In this document: one piece after another, positions 1-8,501 of the stretch
Numbering within the stretch: the stretch's first letter is position 1
Layout: the number at the start of each line of letters is the position of its first letter
Assembly: GCA_045640525.1 (NCBI GenBank)
Contig: JAZUFE010000007.1
Span: 1,008-65,007, forward strand
DNA: 64,000 nucleotides
Source: Lachnospiraceae bacterium
GTDB taxonomy: Bacteria; Bacillota; Clostridia; Lachnospirales; Lachnospiraceae
Reading direction: 5' to 3'
Program-made: the position numbers and the translations under genes
The notes under the pieces: model-generated
The model's input: only the letters and a program-made list of their open reading frames with translations
The model's database searches: none
What the model was told of the DNA's origin: nothing

Positions 1-250
1 CAACGAAGTCTGTTTCTGAGTTTACTTCAACAACAACTGCTGTATTTTTGCTAACTGCAACTTTAGCAATACCTTCTGCTGCAATTCTGCTGGCTTTCTT
101 TTCTACCTTTGCTGCACCGCTCTTTCTAAGAACATCTACAGCGGCTTCCATATTACCATCAGTTTCTGTAAGTGCCTTCTTACATTCCATCATTCCGGCA
201 CCGGTCATTTCTCTAAGTTCCTTAACCATAGAAGCTGTTATATTTGCCAT
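1..250 (-). CDS. tsf: Elongation factor Ts, N-terminal part (gene runs off the window start)
   Basis: Reverse-strand translation from the ATG at 250-248 gives [60 protein letters not shown]..., the typical EF-Ts N-terminus. It lies directly downstream of rpsB, the usual rpsB-tsf arrangement. It is absent from the ORF track because the window edge truncates it. Confidence 0.9.
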   Translation of the reverse strand, partial: MANITASMVKELREMTGAGMMECKKALTETDGNMEAAVDVLRKSGAAKVEKKASRIAAEGIAKVAVSKNTAVVVEVNSETDFV

Positions 251-302
251 ATATATTTATCCTCCAACTAATAGTCAAAAAAATCTTACTTCAGATACGC
301 AA

Positions 303-1067
303 TTATTCAGCGTCAGCAACTTCTTCCATATCTGTTGCCGGAGCTTCTGTATCTGCATTAGCGTCTGCAGCTGTAACGTTCTCTTCGCCTTCCTTAGCTT
401 CGATAACTGCATCTGCCATCTTTCCTGCGATAAGCTTAACGGCTCTGATAGCATCATCATTACCGGGGATGATGAAGTCAAGATCATCAGGATCGCAGTT
501 TGTATCACCGATACCAACCAATGTGATTCCCAATGCATGAGCTTCCTGAATACAAATTTTTTCTTTCTTTGAGTCAACTACGAAGATACAGTCGGGAATT
601 CTCTTCATTTCCTTGATACCGCCAATGTTCTTCTCAAGCTTATCCCATTCTTTCTTTAACTCGATAACTTCCTTCTTAGGCAATACATCAAATGTACCGT
701 CCTGAGACATTGCCTCGATTTTCTTAAGTCTTTCGATTCTTGACTGGATAGTCTTGAAGTTGGTAAGCATACCACCCAACCATCTTTCATTTACATAGTA
801 CATACCGCAACGCTCTGCTTCTGCCTTAACAGCATCCTGAGCCTGCTTCTTTGTACCTACGAACAAAACTGTACCACCCTGCTGTGCGATTTCGAAGATT
901 GCTCTGTAAGCTTCGTCAACCTTGCCTACTGTCTTCTGTAAATCGATGATGTGTACACCGTTTCTCTCTGTGTAGATGTAAGGAGCCATTTTAGGGTTCC
1001 ATCTTCTTGTCTGATGTCCGAAATGAACACCTGCTTCTAATAACTGTTTCATTGAAATTACGCTCAT
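303..1067 (-). CDS. rpsB: 30S ribosomal protein S2
   Basis: 254-aa ORF with an ATG start. The N-terminus [27 protein letters not shown] and the motif [10 protein letters not shown] are hallmark S2 sequence. It has an acidic C-terminal tail. Confidence 0.97.
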   Translation of the reverse strand: MSVISMKQLLEAGVHFGHQTRRWNPKMAPYIYTERNGVHIIDLQKTVGKVDEAYRAIFEIAQQGGTVLFVGTKKQAQDAVKAEAERCGMYYVNERWLGGMLTNFKTIQSRIERLKKIEAMSQDGTFDVLPKKEVIELKKEWDKLEKNIGGIKEMKRIPDCIFVVDSKKEKICIQEAHALGITLVGIGDTNCDPDDLDFIIPGNDDAIRAVKLIAGKMADAVIEAKEGEENVTAADANADTEAPATDMEEVADAE

Positions 1068-1187
1068 TTTTATACCTCCGTTTGGTTAATTCTTCCGTCT
1101 GATATGTTTCCATTTTCACTTTGTAGCCAACCCCGAGCATGGGCACCTGCTACCATATCAAACGTGTTTTATAGTTACAACTCATCG

Positions 1188-1216
1188 AGTGTAGCAAATA
1201 AATCAGCAAATAGCAA
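1188..1216 (-). promoter_or_regulatory. Candidate sigma-A promoter for rpsB-tsf (TTGCTA-17 nt-TACACT)
   Basis: The minus strand reads TTGCTA (1216-1211), a 17-nt spacer, then TACACT (1193-1188). This would leave a leader of about 110 nt before the rpsB ATG. Hexamer match only. Confidence 0.3.
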
Positions 1217-1237
1217 GGGGTTTTGCCGATTTTTTGC

Positions 1238-1272
1238 AACAAAAAACCCTTGAATCAATTTCAAGGGTTTTC
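1238..1272 (-). terminator. Rho-independent terminator downstream of the tRNA
   Basis: 11-bp stem AAACCCTTGAA (1244-1254) pairs with TTCAAGGGTTT (1260-1270), with a 5-nt loop. On the minus strand a T-run (TTTTTTGTTGC) follows. It lies between the tRNA 3' end and the rpsB promoter region. Confidence 0.55.
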
Positions 1273-1277
1273 ATCAA

Positions 1278-1350
1278 TCGGAGTGACAAGACTTGAACTT
1301 GCGGCCTCTTCGTCCCTAACGAAGCGCTCTACCACCTGAGCCACACCCCG
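1278..1350 (-). tRNA. tRNA-Pro, anticodon read as AGG
   Basis: Hand-folded 73-nt cloverleaf: acceptor CGGGGTG/CACTCCG, D arm GCTC-AGGTGGTA-GAGC, anticodon arm CTTCG-TTAGGGA-CGAAG, variable AGGCC, T arm GCAAG-TTCAAGT-CTTGT, discriminator A. No CCA is encoded. C1-G72, A73, G35 G36 and G37 fit bacterial tRNA-Pro identity. Position 34 reads A. Confidence 0.8.
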
Positions 1351-1378
1351 AAACGTTCTCGTTTCAAACGCAATGATG

Positions 1379-1407
1379 ATTATATATGCTTCACATCTTA
1401 AAAGCAA
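1379..1407 (-). promoter_or_regulatory. Candidate sigma-A promoter for the tRNA (TTGCTT-17 nt-TATAAT)
   Basis: The minus strand reads TTGCTT (1407-1402), a 17-nt spacer, then TATAAT (1384-1379), about 30 nt upstream of the tRNA 5' end. Confidence 0.4.
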
Positions 1408-1500
1408 GTACTTTTTTCAATTTCTTAAATTTTATGGTATGATACCGATATCATGGGGGTGGACGTTGAATCTATAAACACCGTCCCCTATCGGAGGCTG

Positions 1501-1785
1501 CATATGTTGGAAAAAGAACATTTTCACATCTTAAATTATGTCAAAAAGGAAGAATATACCGGCTCCATGAGCGGAATGCGATATATGATCAAAAAGATAT
1601 CTTCAGAAGAAATGGAAGTAACCATTTGGCCCGAACCTTATGCGTATGCCTACACGGACAAAGCTCTTAAAACGCGGAGAAACTTTCCTTTAAGCGAGGA
1701 AGGTATCATGGATGTATGCGACTATTTGAATGAGCAATACGAAACGCAGAAATCTTTATGGGAATTGAGCAAAAAAACTGTTTAA
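1501..1785 (+). CDS. Hypothetical small protein (94 aa from the ATG at 1501; the ORF extends to 1453)
   Basis: The ORF is 1453-1785. The internal ATG at 1501 is preceded by GGAGG (1492-1496), whereas the 1453 start has no RBS. I recognise no family motif. Confidence 0.5.
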   Translation, partial: HMLEKEHFHILNYVKKEEYTGSMSGMRYMIKKISSEEMEVTIWPEPYAYAYTDKALKTRRNFPLSEEGIMDVCDYLNEQYETQKSLWELSKKTV

Positions 1786-1842
1786 AAAACGCCTCAAAAG
1801 GTGTAGAATATTTTCAGAAATAAATTGTGTGAGGAATAGATA

Positions 1843-2112
1843 ATGTCTCAGTCGTTCAATAACGGAATAATGAGTCGTGAGGTGGCTTTCTGCAGAGTTT
1901 ACAGCAAAGATGCAAAGGATAAACTTGAAAAACTGTTTTTAAACAACCGCATTTCTTACTTTGTGGAATGGCAGAATCGTTCTTTTATTTCCAAGCTGTT
2001 AGGTAACAAAGAAAAGAATGTTTTTACAATCAAGATTAATGAAGAAGATGTTGCCAGAGCAACCGATTTGGTTAAAGATATGCAATCTGTCAAGATGCGT
2101 AAAAGCAATTAA
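1843..2112 (+). CDS. Hypothetical small protein (89 aa)
   Basis: ATG start preceded by a GAGGAA RBS. It is followed by a strong terminator. I recognise no family motif. Confidence 0.5.
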   Translation: MSQSFNNGIMSREVAFCRVYSKDAKDKLEKLFLNNRISYFVEWQNRSFISKLLGNKEKNVFTIKINEEDVARATDLVKDMQSVKMRKSN

Positions 2113-2142
2113 TCACTAAAGCTCCGACATTCATAAATAATT

Positions 2143-2174
2143 ATAAGACCGGTCAGCGACCGGTCTTATTTTTC
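2143..2174. terminator. Bidirectional rho-independent terminator between convergent genes
   Basis: Perfect 12-bp stem ATAAGACCGGTC (2143-2154) pairs with GACCGGTCTTAT (2158-2169), with a 3-nt loop. T-run on the plus side and A-run on the other side. It lies between the 1843-2112 (+) gene and pgmB (-). Confidence 0.7.
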
Positions 2175-2190
2175 AATCACTATTCAATTC

Positions 2191-2868
2191 TCAGCCTACG
2201 CTCTCAGCATATTTTTGCGTTCCGAGAATACCTATCAAATCCGAAAGTCTGTTAATACAATAATCTGCCTTTCCGCAATTTGTGGCATCGCCTATAGCTG
2301 CAGAAACCATCCCCCCTGCCACGGCTGCATCAATTCCCGATTCCGAATCCTCAACAACAATACAATTCACGGGATTGGAATCCAAAAATTCCGCTGCTTT
2401 CAAAAACACTTCCGGATCGGGTTTAGAATTCACAATATTGGTTCCATCCGATATTGCATCAAACTCGCCGTCCAAATTCACCCTTTCCAAGATAAACTTG
2501 GTATTTTTGCTTGAAGAACCTATTGCAACTTTGTAACCGTCCTGTTTTAACTGCCTTAAAGTATACCTGACATTATCGGACACATCGCACGGTTGCATAT
2601 TGCCCAGCAATTCTCTGTAATATGAGTTCTTACGCTCTGCCAATTCGAATTTGGCTTCTTCCGACAAAGGTTCGCCCTTATAATTCTCCAATATGATTTC
2701 CAAAGAAGCCATACGGCTTACACCTCTGAGTCTGTTATTGATTTTCTCATCAAAATATATCCCCATATCATCAGCCATTCTCTTCCATGCCAAATAATGA
2801 TATTTATCAGAGAAAACAAGGACTCCGTCCAAATCAAATATCACCGAATCCAATTTCACAATGATCAC
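2191..2868 (-). CDS. pgmB: Beta-phosphoglucomutase (HAD superfamily)
   Basis: 225 aa. It has the DxD nucleophile motif VIFDLDGVL, plus RLRGVSRMASLE, GSSSKN and VVEDSESGIDAA, typical of beta-PGM. The GTG start forms a GTGA overlap with the GH65 stop. It sits immediately downstream of a GH65 phosphorylase, the classical pairing. Confidence 0.85.
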   Translation of the reverse strand: MIIVKLDSVIFDLDGVLVFSDKYHYLAWKRMADDMGIYFDEKINNRLRGVSRMASLEIILENYKGEPLSEEAKFELAERKNSYYRELLGNMQPCDVSDNVRYTLRQLKQDGYKVAIGSSSKNTKFILERVNLDGEFDAISDGTNIVNSKPDPEVFLKAAEFLDSNPVNCIVVEDSESGIDAAVAGGMVSAAIGDATNCGKADYCINRLSDLIGILGTQKYAESVG

Positions 2869-5198
2869 CCTACCTTATCAATCGTTCTTGATGCGGCCAC
2901 GTCACTGTTTACCTTTACGACGACAGGTTCTTTCTCCACCAGTGTGTACTTCATATCATATATTGTTATGTCAACCAACTCTCCTTCGATGAGTTCTACC
3001 GTTACAACTGTTGAATTCGCCCATATTCTTATCAGCCTGTTTTGGTACATAACGTTAAACATATAGCCGTCCCACTCTTCGGGAACAAATGGTGCAATGT
3101 ACAATCCCGTATCGGTTATTCTCAATCCGGCGAAGCCGTTAACAATAGCCATATAACATCCGCCCATATTAGCGGTATGTATACCGTCTTTGGTATTATT
3201 ATGAGTATTCTCAAGATCCAGCATCGCCGAATCTCCGAAGTATTCATATCCTTTTTGGTGCATACCGAGTCTTGACGCCACTATGCTGAATGCACACGTA
3301 GACAAAGATGAATCATGCGTTGTTATCTTTTCATAATAATCATAGCTTCTGCGCATCACATCATAGTCCTGCATCTGCTCAAACATAAAGTATGCCAATA
3401 CCGTGTCGGCTTGCTTGCACACCTGATATCTATACAAATGTAACGGATGATAATGAAGCAACAAAGGATAGTTTTCCTTTGGTGTATGTTCAAAATCCCA
3501 AATAGGTTTATCCAAAAAGGAATCATCCTGCGGATTAATACCCGTCTTTTCGTCATATGGTAATAACATATTTGCAGCTGCAGTTTTCATCTTGTTCAAC
3601 TCGTCATATGTTATTCCGAGTCTGCTCTCCACATTCTTGTGAAGACCCAGTTCCTTTAAGCGTTCAAACAATTTGACCGCCCATTCAATATTGTATTTAG
3701 CCGCACAGTTTGTGTAATAGTTATTATCAACCATGCATGTATATTCATCGGGTCCTGTAACTTCGTTAAGTACAAATTCCCCGTCAGCATTATAGTTGCC
3801 CAAATCCATCCACAATCTTGCGGTCTCTATCAGTATTTCTTCGCCGTTTTCTTCAATAAAGTGAATATCTCCCGTAGCCAGGTAGTAGCCTATTACGGCA
3901 TATGCTATATCAGCATTTATATGATAGGCAGCCGAGCCTGATACAAAATAGCCCGAACATTCCTTACCTGTAATCGTTCTCCACGGGAACAATGCCCCTG
4001 ATTGATGGCCCAAAAGATAAGCATTCTTTCTGGCTTCATTCAAAGTACGGTAACGATATTTCAGAACCTTCTTGGCTAATTCCGGATTAGTCATTACCAA
4101 GAATGGAAGCACGAAAACTTCCGTATCCCAAAAATAGTGACCTTCATATCCCTCACCGCTCAATCCTTTGGCTGCTATGCTGCAATATGAATCCTTGGCC
4201 GACGATTGCAGTAATTGATACATATTGAAAGCTACCGAACGATTAACAATATCATTTCCGTATATTTCCATTCCGGATTGTTTCCAGAATCTCTCAAGAT
4301 AGTTTTTCTGTCTAATATAGTAGTATCGAATACCGTTGTTAAGGACTCGTTCGAGCACTTCTTGAGCAGCTTTCTTAACATCATCATATCTTAGCGAATC
4401 GGTATATATACAATACTTAATCAGTCTGACAGAATCACCCTTCTCAAGTTGCAATGTGAATCGCTCGATTGCCTTTTGTCCGTCATCAATACGTTCAGTA
4501 GAAATCCGGGAATTAACCGGTGCCTCAATCTTATTGCACACAAGCGAACACATTCTTATCTTGCTGACAGAGGTTTCGCTGATTTCATAGTTATAGTCAC
4601 CCTCCCATTTCATATCAATAACATTCATGTTCTTGATACTCTCCGAAGCCAATCTCGGATCTGTAGGGTCGCAATAATTTCTGATATCTGCATTGTGTAT
4701 CGAGTCAATTTCAATATCCACTTTATCGTTCACAGCAGTAATGCTGTATTCTACGGTAAAAAGCGGTAATTCCTCAAAGGAAGTCATCCTTTTGGACGTG
4801 ATTCGGATTTCTTTTTGTTTCTCCGAAATCCACTTTACATTCCTTAAGGTATAGCCTTCATCCATATTCAATTCACGCGAATGTTCAATCAGGTTTCCAT
4901 GCAACATATCAAAGTATTCGCCGTTTACTTTGCATTCAATCGACATTGTATCCGCAAGATTAACCATTGTGTCTTTTTTGTCAACGAAATTGCACAAATT
5001 TTCGGCCTGCTTCATTGGTATAACATCATAGAAACCGTTAATGTACGAACCGCGCATTGTATTCCAGTCATTCGGAACTCCCTCCTCCAACGCTCCACGG
5101 ATTCCGATATATCCGTTTGCGTTATGAAAAAGAGTTTCATTAAGATTATTATCTTTTTGCGTATGTTCCGTATATGTCTTTGTAATTATTCTATTCAA
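2865..5198 (-). CDS. Glycoside hydrolase family 65 alpha-glucoside phosphorylase (maltose/kojibiose/nigerose/trehalose phosphorylase type; substrate unresolved)
   Basis: 777 aa. The N-terminal ETLFHNANGYIGIRG and the catalytic-region GEGYEGHYFWDTEVFVLPF are GH65 signatures. The apparent start is TTG at 5198, preceded by GAGG; there is no nearby in-frame ATG. Confidence 0.9.
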   Translation of the reverse strand: MNRIITKTYTEHTQKDNNLNETLFHNANGYIGIRGALEEGVPNDWNTMRGSYINGFYDVIPMKQAENLCNFVDKKDTMVNLADTMSIECKVNGEYFDMLHGNLIEHSRELNMDEGYTLRNVKWISEKQKEIRITSKRMTSFEELPLFTVEYSITAVNDKVDIEIDSIHNADIRNYCDPTDPRLASESIKNMNVIDMKWEGDYNYEISETSVSKIRMCSLVCNKIEAPVNSRISTERIDDGQKAIERFTLQLEKGDSVRLIKYCIYTDSLRYDDVKKAAQEVLERVLNNGIRYYYIRQKNYLERFWKQSGMEIYGNDIVNRSVAFNMYQLLQSSAKDSYCSIAAKGLSGEGYEGHYFWDTEVFVLPFLVMTNPELAKKVLKYRYRTLNEARKNAYLLGHQSGALFPWRTITGKECSGYFVSGSAAYHINADIAYAVIGYYLATGDIHFIEENGEEILIETARLWMDLGNYNADGEFVLNEVTGPDEYTCMVDNNYYTNCAAKYNIEWAVKLFERLKELGLHKNVESRLGITYDELNKMKTAAANMLLPYDEKTGINPQDDSFLDKPIWDFEHTPKENYPLLLHYHPLHLYRYQVCKQADTVLAYFMFEQMQDYDVMRRSYDYYEKITTHDSSLSTCAFSIVASRLGMHQKGYEYFGDSAMLDLENTHNNTKDGIHTANMGGCYMAIVNGFAGLRITDTGLYIAPFVPEEWDGYMFNVMYQNRLIRIWANSTVVTVELIEGELVDITIYDMKYTLVEKEPVVVKVNSDVAASRTIDKVG

Positions 5199-5208
5199 CT
5201 TGACCTCA

Positions 5209-6051
5209 CTAACCCTTTACCGCGCCGGCTGCAACACCTTTAATGATGTACTTTTGACAAAACAGATAGAAAACAGCTACCGGAACTATCGTCACTACCA
5301 AAGCAGCCATAGCCTCGTTCCAGCTTATCGTATATTGTCCGAAGAATTTCGCAGTCGAAATCGGTATAGTTCTGTTTGCTTTACTCTTCAAAGTAAGCGA
5401 AGGTAACAGATAGTCATTCCATATCCAAATAACATCCAGAATGATTACCGTCATGGTTGTAGGTTTCAAAATCGGAAATACTATTTTCCAAAAAGTCTGC
5501 CAGGTATTGCAACCATCGATGATAGCCGCCTCTTCCAAAGACTTGGGAACCGATGTTACAAAACCGTGGTAGAGAAAAACTCCCATGCCTGCACCAAAAC
5601 CTATGTACATGAATATCAATCCCGGAACGGTATCGACCATCTTGATTCCGATGTTATTTCCAATCCAGTTCATTTCCTGCATAAGAGGCATCATTATTGT
5701 TTGGAAAGGTATCAGCATGGTAGCTACCAACACTCCGAACAAAAATCCGCTCAATTTGTTCTCACTTCTTACAAACATCCATGCCGTCATGGAGCAAAGA
5801 ACAACAAGTATAGCTATTGACACTATCGTAATAATCACCGAGTTGGTCAGTGATATTGAGAAATTCATTTTACTTAGTGCACTGCCATAATATTTACCCG
5901 TGATTTTCGAAGGGAGTGCCACCATATTCTCGTACATTTCCGCTCTGCTCTTTGACGAGTTCGTCAATATAAGATAGATAGGGAAAAGATACAGTAAGCA
6001 AAATATCATCAGTGAAAGATTTGCAACGATGTTATTATTCTTTGTTTTCAT
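5209..6051 (-). CDS. Carbohydrate ABC transporter permease (MalG-like)
   Basis: 280 aa and polytopic. EAA loop SLEEAAIIDGCNTWQTFWKIVFPILKP. A 1-nt overlap with the upstream permease stop suggests coupling. Confidence 0.9.
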   Translation of the reverse strand: MKTKNNNIVANLSLMIFCLLYLFPIYLILTNSSKSRAEMYENMVALPSKITGKYYGSALSKMNFSISLTNSVIITIVSIAILVVLCSMTAWMFVRSENKLSGFLFGVLVATMLIPFQTIMMPLMQEMNWIGNNIGIKMVDTVPGLIFMYIGFGAGMGVFLYHGFVTSVPKSLEEAAIIDGCNTWQTFWKIVFPILKPTTMTVIILDVIWIWNDYLLPSLTLKSKANRTIPISTAKFFGQYTISWNEAMAALVVTIVPVAVFYLFCQKYIIKGVAAGAVKG

Positions 6052-6896
6052 TACATCGATACCTCCCTCTTCTTGGTGATGCTAACCTGGATTAATGTTA
6101 TAACCGCAATAATCAGGAAGAAAATAATTGCCTTGGCCTGTCCGTATCCGAAGTTGCTCAAATCGAATATTTCGTTATAAATGTTAAGCGAGAACATTTC
6201 AGACTGGTAATTCGGTCCGGCTCCCGTAAGTGCAATATTAACATCATAAACTTTGAAGCAATTCGATAATGTCAGGAACAAACATATAGTTATTGAAGGC
6301 ATAAGCAACGGAAGTTTAACTCTAAACAGAGTTTGAAGGTATGATGCTCCGTCAACCATAGCTGCTTCTATAACATCATCGGGAATTGCCATAATTCCCG
6401 TAATGTAGACAATCATCACATAACCTGCCATCTGCCACGTGGTAACAATAATCATAGCTATCATTGCTTTGGTACTGTCTGTCAGCCAGTTTCCAAAACC
6501 GATCGACAGAAAATATTCAGAGAATACGCTCTTCCAAATATAACCCAAAATCAACCCGCCAATCAGATACGGAACAAACAGCATTGTTCTTGCCACATTG
6601 GCGACTCTCAGTTTGGTTGTAACGAGTAGGGCAAATATAAGCCCTACCACGTTAACAATCACAACACTGCAAAGTGTGTATACAGTCGTTCTTACCGCAG
6701 ATGTCAAGAATCTTTGATCCTTGAAAACCTCGACATAATTGCTTAATCCGACAAAGGTCATTTCGTGCTTGGCCAATCCGTCCCATTCCGTAAAGGATAA
6801 TCCGATTCCTATTACAAACGGCACTATCACTACCAAGGTAAATATGATCATCAGTGGAAATGTGAATAATGTATACCATCCTTTGTTTATTTTCAT
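6051..6896 (-). CDS. Carbohydrate ABC transporter permease (MalF-like)
   Basis: 281 aa and polytopic. EAA loop IEAAMVDGASYLQTLFRVKLPLLMP. Confidence 0.9.
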   Translation of the reverse strand: MKINKGWYTLFTFPLMIIFTLVVIVPFVIGIGLSFTEWDGLAKHEMTFVGLSNYVEVFKDQRFLTSAVRTTVYTLCSVVIVNVVGLIFALLVTTKLRVANVARTMLFVPYLIGGLILGYIWKSVFSEYFLSIGFGNWLTDSTKAMIAMIIVTTWQMAGYVMIVYITGIMAIPDDVIEAAMVDGASYLQTLFRVKLPLLMPSITICLFLTLSNCFKVYDVNIALTGAGPNYQSEMFSLNIYNEIFDLSNFGYGQAKAIIFFLIIAVITLIQVSITKKREVSM

Positions 6897-6930
6897 ATAA
6901 CCCCCTGTCCTTTACCGGACTTAATACTAA

Positions 6931-8226
6931 CTACTTACCTGCTTCTACAAATGCGTCATTAAGCTGGTTAACCAAATCTTCGCCTGTCATATCCGAAACA
7001 TAGAACTGACTTACGATAGGAGCCAATGATGAGCTGATACCTGCCGGCCAGTTAGCCATGCTCCAAGGAATTGTATTTCCTGATGCAGCAGCTTCCGATA
7101 CAGATTCGGAAATAGGATCGAGTTTCTCTGATGTCATACCTTCAACAACCGGTACGAAGCCGAAAGAATCCATTAAGTATCCTATACCCGATTCAGATGT
7201 GTATAACCATTCAAGGAATGCCTTGGCAGCTGCCTTGTCTGCTTCGGGAGCATCAACATTGATGTACCATGCAGCAGGAACGCTGACTGCGACCTTGTTG
7301 TTGTTGCACAAAGGAAGTGCTGCAATACCCATATCAAAATCAACATCATAGTCTGCGAACATTGAGTAGCCCCAGTTACCCTGATGAATCATAGCTGTCT
7401 TTCCTGTAGCAAAGTCACCGCAGTTATTATCATATGTAATATCTACAGGATTTGTGCAGTTCTCACGAACAGCTTCCATAAATGTGGCAAACTCTTTAAA
7501 TGCCTGATTATCAATCATTCTTTCACTTCCTGAAAGAATTGACTGCAAATACGCATCAGGATCTGCCTGAATTGCAAAAGGTGTATTAAGAACATGCATT
7601 ATAATGAAGTACTCTTCCTGAGAGAATCCCAAACCATTAATTCCATCATTCTTGGCATTCTGCAAGAATTCTACCAATGCATCTGTTGATGTAAGTTTTG
7701 AAGTATCTGCAAGATTTGAATTATATACAAGTCCGAAACCTTCAAGTGTATAAGGAATACCTACCTTCTTTCCGTTAACTTCATCTGTCATACCTGCCGA
7801 AATCTTGTCAACAAATGATAATGAAGATACATCTTCAAGGTAATCTGCCATTTCTTTAGACTCTGAACCGGGTGCCAAAGAGAACAGTGTAGGGCCTGCC
7901 TGTGTCGACAAATCCGTCTTAAGATCTGTGTAATAGTTATCACCTGTGGTCTCCCAAAGTTCTACTTCGATACCTGTCTCATCCGTAAACTGTTCAACAC
8001 AAGTATTAAGTGCATCCATTATTTCCGTCTTTGACTGGAAAATAGTAAGCTTTCCATATTCAACTTCTTCTGACGATTCCTCGGATTCCTCAGTTTTAGC
8101 AGTTTCTTGCGAAACCTCCTCTTTGCTTTCTGCAGAGCTTGCTGCAGGAGCTGCCTGTCCGCAGCCTGCCAAAACAATTGCAGTTGTCATAGTCAATGCA
8201 ATAGCTGATAATAATTTCTTCTTCAT
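6931..8226 (-). CDS. Extracellular sugar-binding lipoprotein of the ABC transporter
   Basis: 431 aa. Signal peptide with lipobox VLAGC, a Ser/Glu-rich linker, then a family-1 solute-binding-protein-like body. It is the first gene of the sugar operon. Confidence 0.85.
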   Translation of the reverse strand: MKKKLLSAIALTMTTAIVLAGCGQAAPAASSAESKEEVSQETAKTEESEESSEEVEYGKLTIFQSKTEIMDALNTCVEQFTDETGIEVELWETTGDNYYTDLKTDLSTQAGPTLFSLAPGSESKEMADYLEDVSSLSFVDKISAGMTDEVNGKKVGIPYTLEGFGLVYNSNLADTSKLTSTDALVEFLQNAKNDGINGLGFSQEEYFIIMHVLNTPFAIQADPDAYLQSILSGSERMIDNQAFKEFATFMEAVRENCTNPVDITYDNNCGDFATGKTAMIHQGNWGYSMFADYDVDFDMGIAALPLCNNNKVAVSVPAAWYINVDAPEADKAAAKAFLEWLYTSESGIGYLMDSFGFVPVVEGMTSEKLDPISESVSEAAASGNTIPWSMANWPAGISSSLAPIVSQFYVSDMTGEDLVNQLNDAFVEAGK

Positions 8227-8288
8227 AGCCTCTTCCTTTCATTTTCTGTATGAGTTAAGTAACCTAGTTTAACTTGTTTGCGCATCAA

Positions 8289-8302
8289 GTAAATCGTTGT
8301 AC
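8289..8302. promoter_or_regulatory. Candidate LacI-family operator / cre-like palindrome
   Basis: GTAAATCGTTGTAC is 10 of 14 positions self-complementary (GTAnAnCGnTnTAC). It lies just downstream of the candidate -10 of the sugar-operon promoter. Confidence 0.3.
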
Positions 8303-8306
8303 TGTA

Positions 8307-8335
8307 ATTTTAAAAAAATCATAAATCATCGTCAA
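8307..8335 (-). promoter_or_regulatory. Candidate sigma-A promoter of the sugar operon (TTGACG-17 nt-TAAAAT)
   Basis: The minus strand reads TTGACG (8335-8330), a 17-nt spacer, then TAAAAT (8312-8307), about 80 nt upstream of the binding-protein ATG. Confidence 0.4.
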
Positions 8336-8385
8336 TATTCTTGTAATTTTTTCGGTAATGTGCCCTTTGGTACTCATCGTTTTTG

Positions 8386-8414
8386 TTGAATTTTCACATA
8401 TGAAGTAGTAAAAT
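8386..8414 (+). promoter_or_regulatory. Candidate sigma-A promoter of the LacI-family regulator (TTGAAT-17 nt-TAAAAT)
   Basis: TTGAAT (8386-8391), a 17-nt spacer, then TAAAAT (8409-8414), about 90 nt upstream of the regulator start. Confidence 0.4.
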
Positions 8415-8416
8415 GG

Positions 8417-8442
8417 CAGTAAAATGATTCGTAATTTTACTG
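8417..8442. promoter_or_regulatory. Inverted repeat (candidate operator) overlapping the regulator transcription start
   Basis: CAGTAAAAT (8417-8425) and ATTTTACTG (8434-8442) are perfect 9-bp inverted repeats separated by 8 nt. They share the GTAAA/TTTAC half-sites seen at 8289-8302 and 8447-8461. Confidence 0.3.
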
Positions 8443-8446
8443 TCGA

Positions 8447-8461
8447 GGTAAATGTTTTACC
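8447..8461. promoter_or_regulatory. Second short inverted repeat with GTAAA/TTTAC half-sites
   Basis: GGTAAA-TGT-TTTACC: 6-bp arms with a 3-nt spacer. Confidence 0.25.
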
Positions 8462-8501
8462 TGATTTTACCAAGCATTAGCATCATAGGAAAGGAATGCA
8501 T

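Noticed and set aside
8285-8473. A 62-aa minus-strand ORF in the divergent regulator/sugar-operon intergenic region.
   Set aside because: It spans both candidate promoters and the inverted repeats, has no RBS and shows odd composition. The region is better explained as regulatory DNA.
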